DNA from: Methanosphaera stadtmanae DSM 3091
Lineage (GTDB): Archaea; Methanobacteriota; Methanobacteria; Methanobacteriales; Methanobacteriaceae
DNA: 32,000 nt
NCBI RefSeq assembly: GCF_000012545.1
Contig: NC_007681.1
Span: 1-32,000, forward strand
Direction of reading: 5' to 3'
How positions within the stretch are numbered: position 1 is the first letter of the stretch; each line of letters starts with the position of its first letter. Of this stretch, positions 26,602 through 32,000 are shown piece after piece. Both the position numbers and the translations under genes were made by a program. Under the pieces are notes generated by a model. It was not told the DNA's origin and made no database searches. It saw only the letters and a program-made list of their open reading frames with translations.

Positions 26602-27285
26602 ATGGACTTATTAGAATTAAATAGTACATATGATAATGGAAGAGCTCATCCTACAATACATCAAGTTAGAATAATAGGTAATCAAACGAATTTTCCAATA
26701 AGTTGGCTAAATATTCAAGGATACTGTGAATATTCAATATATCTAGAGAACTTTCAACATATTAAACTCAAAGCAAACACTGCAATGCTTAAAGGAACAC
26801 GTATACATAATCAACTCGAAGAAGAATTCCAAAAAGATGCAATCTCCACAACAATAGATGAAATAATAGAAACTTCCCAAACAGAAGAAGTATTATCAAG
26901 AGAATTCTTTGTAATGAGTAAAGAATATGGAATAAGGGGATTTATTGATGAAATATGGTTAGGTCCAGATAGTATAGTTATAATAGATGATAAACCAGGA
27001 GATAAAGCATATTTTTCCATGAAAAACCAGGTGTATGCATATGCATTAGCATTTAAAAATTCAATATGTAATGATAAAAAGATAGAATGTGCTCTAAGAA
27101 CAAGAGGGACAGATAATATCTTTTGGAGAGAAGAATTTACAAAAGAATCAGAAGAAAATATTAAAAATATAATACAACATGTACAAAATCTAATAGCAGG
27201 AGAAGATGATTTTATACCTACAAAAAATCCAAATAAATGTCGTGTATGTAGATTTAATAAGGTATGTCCAAATAATAAATCATGA
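26602..27285 (+). CDS. Cas4-family (DUF83-like) PD-(D/E)xK nuclease with a 4-Cys Fe-S cluster signature; stand-alone
   Basis: N-terminal Cys context GYCEYSIYL. Motifs GTRIHNQLEE, GFIDEI...IIIDDKPG (D...DxK) and QVYAYALAF (QxxxY) are present. The C-terminus has CRVCRFNKVC (CxxCx5C). Start is the ATG at 26602 or the GTG at 26593. Confidence 0.7.
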   Translation: MDLLELNSTYDNGRAHPTIHQVRIIGNQTNFPISWLNIQGYCEYSIYLENFQHIKLKANTAMLKGTRIHNQLEEEFQKDAISTTIDEIIETSQTEEVLSREFFVMSKEYGIRGFIDEIWLGPDSIVIIDDKPGDKAYFSMKNQVYAYALAFKNSICNDKKIECALRTRGTDNIFWREEFTKESEENIKNIIQHVQNLIAGEDDFIPTKNPNKCRVCRFNKVCPNNKS

Positions 27286-27304
27286 AAAAAATAGAAAAAG
27301 AGAC

Positions 27305-27802
27305 TTATAAGGTTTTATGTCCTCTTGTCAGTGCTGTAACACCTGTTTTTGCAGTTTCTTTTATTCCAAATGGTTTTAATAGTTTTGTAAATGAACCTAT
27401 CTTTGTTGGTTCTCCTGTTATTTCCACTGTCAATGTTTTTGGTGTTACATCCACGATATGTCCTCTGAATATGTTTGTATATTGTATTATTTCTGATTTT
27501 GTTTTTTCATCTGGTGCATGTACTTTGATTAGTGCTAATTCTCTTTTTATTGTATTTTCTGGTTTTAATTCCCTTACTTTCAATACTTCTATTAATTTAT
27601 TTAATTGTTTTGTTATTTGTTCTAGTGTCTGATTATCTCCTGTTGTTCTTATTGTTATTCTTGATATTGTTGGTTCTTCTGTTTTTCCCACTGTTATATT
27701 ATCTATATTGAAGTTTCTTCTTGTGAATAATCCTGATATTCTCTGAAGTACTCCTGGCTTATTCTCTACCAATATACTAATGGTATGTTTGCGTTTTGTC
27801 AT
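27305..27802 (-). CDS. ilvN: Acetolactate synthase small (regulatory) subunit, copy 1
   Basis: ACT domain [34 protein letters not shown]. The preferred ATG at 27802 (MTKRKHT) lies one nt after the ilvB-1 stop. The longer ORF-track start overlaps ilvB-1. Confidence 0.9.
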   Translation of the reverse strand: MTKRKHTISILVENKPGVLQRISGLFTRRNFNIDNITVGKTEEPTISRITIRTTGDNQTLEQITKQLNKLIEVLKVRELKPENTIKRELALIKVHAPDEKTKSEIIQYTNIFRGHIVDVTPKTLTVEITGEPTKIGSFTKLLKPFGIKETAKTGVTALTRGHKTL

Positions 27803-27803
27803 T

Positions 27804-29483
27804 TTAATCATCCTCAGTTTTATATTCTCCAACAATTTTGGTAATTTTTTCACCAGGCGGTACCATAGGTAATAACTCTTCAGGATCAATTACAACATCT
27901 ATCACTGTTGCTTCTCTTGATTTTAATGCATTTTCTATTGTTTCTCTTAATTCTCCAGGTTTTTCAACACGTTCTCCACGTACTCCATAAGATTGTGCTA
28001 ATTTTACAAAGTCAGGTGTAGGTTTTAGTTTTGTCTGTGAAATTCTTTCATTGTAATATAATACTTGCCATTGGTATACCATTCCAAGGTATCTGTTGTT
28101 AAGTACACATGTAACTATAGGTAAATCATATTCATCTATTGTTGCTAGTTCCTGTGATACCATTTGGAATCCTCCATCTCCCACTACTGCCAGAACATTT
28201 TCTTCTGGTTTTGCAACCTGTGCACCTATTGCTGCTGGTAGTCCAAATCCCATTGTTCCCAGTCCTCCTGATGATATGAATGTTCTTGGATTTTTTGTTT
28301 TATAGTAGTGTGCCATCCACATCTGGTTTTGTCCTACATCTGTTGATACTATTGTTGTTGGTGTTACTGCTTCCATTATTTCCTTTATTGTTTCTTGTGG
28401 TTTTAGTGGTGTTGTATTAAAGAACATTTTTGGTTTATATGCTTTGTGTTTGTTTATAACATCATGTGTCCATTTTGCATGGTTAGTTTCATTTAATTCA
28501 ACAATAAGTTCTCGTAGTATTGTTTTTGCATCCCCTACTATTGGAAGATCTATTTGAACATTCTTACCAATTTCTGCAGGATCAATATCTATCTGTATTT
28601 TTGTAGCATTTGGTGCAAATTCTGATACTTTTCCAGTGGTTCTATCTGAGAATCTACATCCTATAGCAATTAAACAATCACAATCAGTTACTGCATTGTT
28701 TGTTGATTCAAGTCCATGCATACCAAGATGTCCAAGTGAAAGTTCATGGTCCTCTGATATTGATCCTTTTCCCATTAATGTTGTTGCTATTGGTATGTTT
28801 GTCAGTGTTGCAAATTTCACTAATTCATCTGATGCATTTGATAGTATTACTCCTCCACCAGCTATAATGACAGGTTTTTTACTTTCTACTATTGTTTCAA
28901 TTGCACGTTTTATTTGTCTTGTATTACCAGTTGTTGTTGGTTTATATCCTGGAAGATCAAATACTTTTTTCATATCCTCTTGTGATACTTCATCTTCTAG
29001 TACATCCTTAGGTAAATCTACTACAACTACTCCTGGTCTTCCAGTTGATGCTATTTCATATGCTGCATCAATTACTTTTGGTAGGTCACATGATTTTCTA
29101 GGTTGGAAGTTTTCTTTAGTTATAGGCATTGTTAATCCAATAGTATCTACTTCTTGAAAAGCATCAGTTCCTATGATTCCTGTTGTTACTTGTCCTGTTA
29201 GGGCAATAACTGGTGATGAATCGATATTTGCTGTTGCAATACCTGTTACAAGGTTTGTAGCTCCTGGTCCACTTGTTGCAATACATACACCTGGTTTTCC
29301 TGATACTCTTGCATATCCATCAGCTGCATGTGCTGCTGCTTGTTCATGTCTTACAAGTATATGTTTTATATCACAGTCATATATTGAATCATACAATGGT
29401 AGAAGTACTCCTCCAGGATATCCAAATACAGTGTCTGTACCATTTTCTTTTAATTTCTTAAGTAATGCGTCACTTCCATTCAT
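27804..29483 (-). CDS. ilvB: Acetolactate synthase large (catalytic, ThDP) subunit, copy 1
   Basis: 559 aa. ThDP motif VVGDGGFQM...NNRYLGMV. N-terminus GYPGG...RHEQ. A GGAG RBS is present. Confidence 0.92.
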   Translation of the reverse strand: MNGSDALLKKLKENGTDTVFGYPGGVLLPLYDSIYDCDIKHILVRHEQAAAHAADGYARVSGKPGVCIATSGPGATNLVTGIATANIDSSPVIALTGQVTTGIIGTDAFQEVDTIGLTMPITKENFQPRKSCDLPKVIDAAYEIASTGRPGVVVVDLPKDVLEDEVSQEDMKKVFDLPGYKPTTTGNTRQIKRAIETIVESKKPVIIAGGGVILSNASDELVKFATLTNIPIATTLMGKGSISEDHELSLGHLGMHGLESTNNAVTDCDCLIAIGCRFSDRTTGKVSEFAPNATKIQIDIDPAEIGKNVQIDLPIVGDAKTILRELIVELNETNHAKWTHDVINKHKAYKPKMFFNTTPLKPQETIKEIMEAVTPTTIVSTDVGQNQMWMAHYYKTKNPRTFISSGGLGTMGFGLPAAIGAQVAKPEENVLAVVGDGGFQMVSQELATIDEYDLPIVTCVLNNRYLGMVYQWQVLYYNERISQTKLKPTPDFVKLAQSYGVRGERVEKPGELRETIENALKSREATVIDVVIDPEELLPMVPPGEKITKIVGEYKTEDD

Positions 29484-29540
29484 TTTAATTACTCCATGAT
29501 TTAAATTAATTATTTATTTCTCCTAATTATATTTTTAATA

Positions 29541-30038
29541 TTATAATGTTTTATGTCCTCTTGTTAGTGCTGTAACACCTGTTTTTGCAGTTTCTTTTAT
29601 TCCAAATGGTTTTAATAGTTTTGTAAATGAACCTATCTTTGTTGGTTCTCCTGTTATTTCCACTGTCAATGTTTTTGGTGTTACATCCACGATATGTCCT
29701 CTGAATATGTTTGTATATTGTATTATTTCTGATTTTGTTTTTTCATCTGGTGCATGTACTTTGATTAGTGCTAATTCTCTTTTTATTGTATTTTCTGGTT
29801 TTAATTCCCTTACTTTCAATACTTCTATTAATTTATTTAATTGTTTTGTTATTTGTTCTAGTGTCTGATTATCTCCTGTTGTTCTTATTGTTATTCTTGA
29901 TATTGTTGGTTCTTCTGTTTTTCCCACTGTTATATTATCTATATTGAAGTTTCTTCTTGTGAATAATCCTGATATTCTCTGAAGTACTCCTGGCTTATTC
30001 TCTACTAATATACTAATGGTATGTTTAGGGTTAGTCAT
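29541..30038 (-). CDS. ilvN: Acetolactate synthase small (regulatory) subunit, copy 2
   Basis: From residue 5 onward the protein is identical to copy 1. The DNA shows 3 synonymous differences over about 480 nt by manual alignment. The ATG at 30038 overlaps the ilvB-2 stop (ATGACTAA). Confidence 0.9.
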   Translation of the reverse strand: MTNPKHTISILVENKPGVLQRISGLFTRRNFNIDNITVGKTEEPTISRITIRTTGDNQTLEQITKQLNKLIEVLKVRELKPENTIKRELALIKVHAPDEKTKSEIIQYTNIFRGHIVDVTPKTLTVEITGEPTKIGSFTKLLKPFGIKETAKTGVTALTRGHKTL

Positions 30039-31719
30039 TATCTTCTTCCTCCAAATCACTAAAATCTGTTTTCATATTGTCAAGTCTACAACCTGGTGGA
30101 ACTATGGGTAATAGTTCTTCAGAATCTATTGTAATATCTATCACTGTTGCTTCTCTTGATTTAAATGCATTCTGTATCGTTTCTCTTAATTCTCCAGGTT
30201 TTTCAACACGTTCTCCACATATTCCATAAGCTTCTGCTAATTTTACAAAATCAGGAGTTTCTGTTAATTTAGTAGCATAAACATGTTCATTAAATAATTT
30301 TTGAAGTTGAGATACCATTCCAAGGTATCTATTGTTAAGTATACATGTAACTATTGGCAAATCATTTTCTTTTATTGTTGCTAGTTCCTGTGATACCATT
30401 TGGAATCCTCCATCTCCCACTACTGCCAGAACATTTTCTTCTGGTTTTGCAACTTGTGCTCCCATTGCTGCTGGTAGTCCAAATCCCATTGTTCCCAGTC
30501 CTCCTGATGATATGAATGTTCTTGGATTTTTTGTTTTATAGTAGTGTGCCATCCACATCTGGTTTTGTCCTACATCTGTTGATACTATTGTTGTTGGTGT
30601 TACTGCTTCCATTATTTCCTTTATTGTTTCTTGTGGTTTTAGGGGAACTGTATCGTAGTTTATTTTAGGTTCTTTTTCCTTTTTTATTTGCATAAGATGT
30701 TTTGTCCATGTAGGCCTATTTGAAATTTGAACTTTTTTAATAAATTCATTTAATGTGATCTTTGCATCACCTACAATAGGGACATCTATAGGAATTGTTT
30801 TACCAATTTCTGCTGGATCTACATCTATTTGTATTTTTGTTGCATTTGGTGCATAATCTGTAATGTTACTTACACTTCTATCTGAGAATCTACATCCTAT
30901 AGCAATTAAACAATCACATTCTGTTAGGGCTATGTTTGTTGATTCAATACCATGCATACCAATCATTCCAAGTGAAAGTTCATGGTCCTCTGATATTGAT
31001 CCTTTTCCCATTAGTGTTGTTGCTATTGGTATGTTTGTTAGTGTTGCAAATTTCACTAATTCAACTGATGCATTTGATAGTATTACTCCTCCACCAGCAA
31101 GTATAATTGGCTTTTGTGACGTGTTTATTATCTCAATAGCCTTTTTTATCTGTTTTATATTTCCTTTTTTTGTTGGTTTATATCCTGGTGTTTGAGTATC
31201 TGGATGAATATCCTCAATATCTACATCTTCCTTAAGTGTATTATTTGGTAGGTCAATAACAACAGGACCAGGTCTTCCAGTTGATGCAATATAGAATGCT
31301 TTATCAACATATTCTGCTATTTGTTCCATAGTTCTTGGCTGGAAATTATGTTTACTAATAGGCATAGTAATTCCAAGAGTATCTACTTCTTGAAACACAT
31401 CTTTTCCTATTAAATTTGTTGCTACTTGTCCTGTTAGGGCAATTATGGGTGATGAATCCATATGGGCTGTTGCAATACCTGTTGTGATATTGGTTGCTCC
31501 TGGACCAGAGGTTGCTAAACACACACCTATTTTCCCTGATGCTCGTGAGTATCCATCAGCTGCATGCACTGCTGCTTGTTCATGTCTAACTAAGATGTGA
31601 TCAATATCTGATTCACAAAGCGCATCATAAAATGGTAACAATACTCCTCCAGGATAACCAAAGATAGTAGTTGTACCATTTTCTTTTAATTTCTTAATTA
31701 ATAGTTCACTACCTTTCAT
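30031..31719 (-). CDS. ilvB: Acetolactate synthase large (catalytic, ThDP) subunit, copy 2
   Basis: 562 aa with the same ThDP motif. It is a mosaic relative to copy 1: long identical blocks alternate with blocks that appear to be about 65-80% identical. Confidence 0.92.
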   Translation of the reverse strand: MKGSELLIKKLKENGTTTIFGYPGGVLLPFYDALCESDIDHILVRHEQAAVHAADGYSRASGKIGVCLATSGPGATNITTGIATAHMDSSPIIALTGQVATNLIGKDVFQEVDTLGITMPISKHNFQPRTMEQIAEYVDKAFYIASTGRPGPVVIDLPNNTLKEDVDIEDIHPDTQTPGYKPTKKGNIKQIKKAIEIINTSQKPIILAGGGVILSNASVELVKFATLTNIPIATTLMGKGSISEDHELSLGMIGMHGIESTNIALTECDCLIAIGCRFSDRSVSNITDYAPNATKIQIDVDPAEIGKTIPIDVPIVGDAKITLNEFIKKVQISNRPTWTKHLMQIKKEKEPKINYDTVPLKPQETIKEIMEAVTPTTIVSTDVGQNQMWMAHYYKTKNPRTFISSGGLGTMGFGLPAAMGAQVAKPEENVLAVVGDGGFQMVSQELATIKENDLPIVTCILNNRYLGMVSQLQKLFNEHVYATKLTETPDFVKLAEAYGICGERVEKPGELRETIQNAFKSREATVIDITIDSEELLPIVPPGCRLDNMKTDFSDLEEEDND

Positions 31720-32000
31720 TTTAACACCATTTTCTTATTGAGATTTATTTTTTTAATAATTTTTAAATATATATAATATATCTCTTTAGTATGTGTTATA
31801 TTTTATTAGAATAATAGGGGATATTTATTATAATTCTTACTTAATAATGATTTCTTTTAGTAGGAAAGTAATTCTAAATAAAAAAATAAAATTAATAAAA
31901 GTAAAGGGATATATTTATATATAATAAAATATTACGATAATAATTTTTTTTTTATTAAGTACAAATACAGTACAAAAACAACAAGTACAAAAAATACCTT

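Larger units (their letters stand above)
27305..31719 (-). repeat. Tandem duplication of the ilvB-ilvN unit (period 2,236 bp)
   Basis: The ilvN stops are at 27305 and 29541. The ilvB starts are at 29483 and 31719. Both pairs are offset by 2,236 nt. Confidence 0.9.

Noticed and set aside
25185-27304. Search for a CRISPR array or other cas genes near the Cas4-like gene
   Set aside because: No regularly spaced direct repeats and no cas1/cas2-like ORFs are present here or anywhere in the window.
27282-27632. A plus-strand 116-aa ORF whose ATG overlaps the Cas4-like stop (ATGA), resembling a translationally coupled third gene
   Set aside because: It lies antisense to ilvN copy 1 across almost its whole length. 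Its translation is low-complexity F/V/S-rich. The same DNA recurs in ilvN copy 2 without any such upstream context. It is a shadow ORF.
28636-29157. Plus-strand ORFs that recur as a 'conserved pair' (28096-28305/30332-30541 and 28636-29157/30863-31195, plus 29173-29499 and 29273-29461)
   Set aside because: They are antisense shadows of the duplicated ilvB genes. Their apparent conservation is simply the ilvB duplication.
31958-31991. Three direct AGTACAAA repeats (31958, 31969, 31984) at the window edge, about 240-270 bp upstream of ilvB-2
   Set aside because: It is a short A-rich motif truncated by the window end. It could belong to a feature outside the window, and there is not enough context to call it.

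Overview
This is a very AT-rich euryarchaeal chromosomal segment. The gene content points to a Methanobacteriales methanogen (Methanosphaera/Methanobrevibacter-like); this is inference only. The supporting genes are Orc1/Cdc6 with ORB repeats, Hef, a Kae1-Bud32 fusion, an archaeal-type CobT, a methanogenesis-marker-12-like gene and a RecJ/Cdc45-like gene next to rpS15.

The window opens on the replication origin. Two opposed sets of a 13-nt box (TTACACTTGAAAT) flank about 300 bp of almost pure A/T directly upstream of cdc6. A second array of six same-sense boxes lies about 0.4 kb downstream of cdc6.

Most of the rest is housekeeping: pyrB, trmI, hef, an AcnX-type dehydratase, recJ-like, rps15, HAM1/RdgB, cobT, kae1-bud32, uppP, ilvE, surE, ilvC and ilvBN.

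Unusual or accessory content:
(i) A 937-aa PLD-nuclease + SF2-helicase + DUF3427-like protein with the SauUSI Type IV restriction architecture. It is immediately preceded by a tightly packed MutT/NudG-type Nudix gene.
(ii) An intact 1,529-bp IS (26-bp IRs, 8-bp target duplication) that carries a perfect copy of the origin box. It sits next to tRNA-Val, a secreted Cys-rich repeat protein and a membrane-anchored Mrr-like nuclease-fold protein.
(iii) A two-gene opposite-strand insertion that separates ilvC from ilvBN: an AlgJ/AlgX-like SGNH protein plus a solo Cas4-family Fe-S nuclease, with no CRISPR array.
(iv) A tandem ilvB-ilvN duplication with ~99% identical ilvN copies and mosaic ilvB copies, which looks like gene conversion.

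No rRNA genes and no CRISPR array were seen. All function calls come from motif recognition by eye; no database search or program was run.
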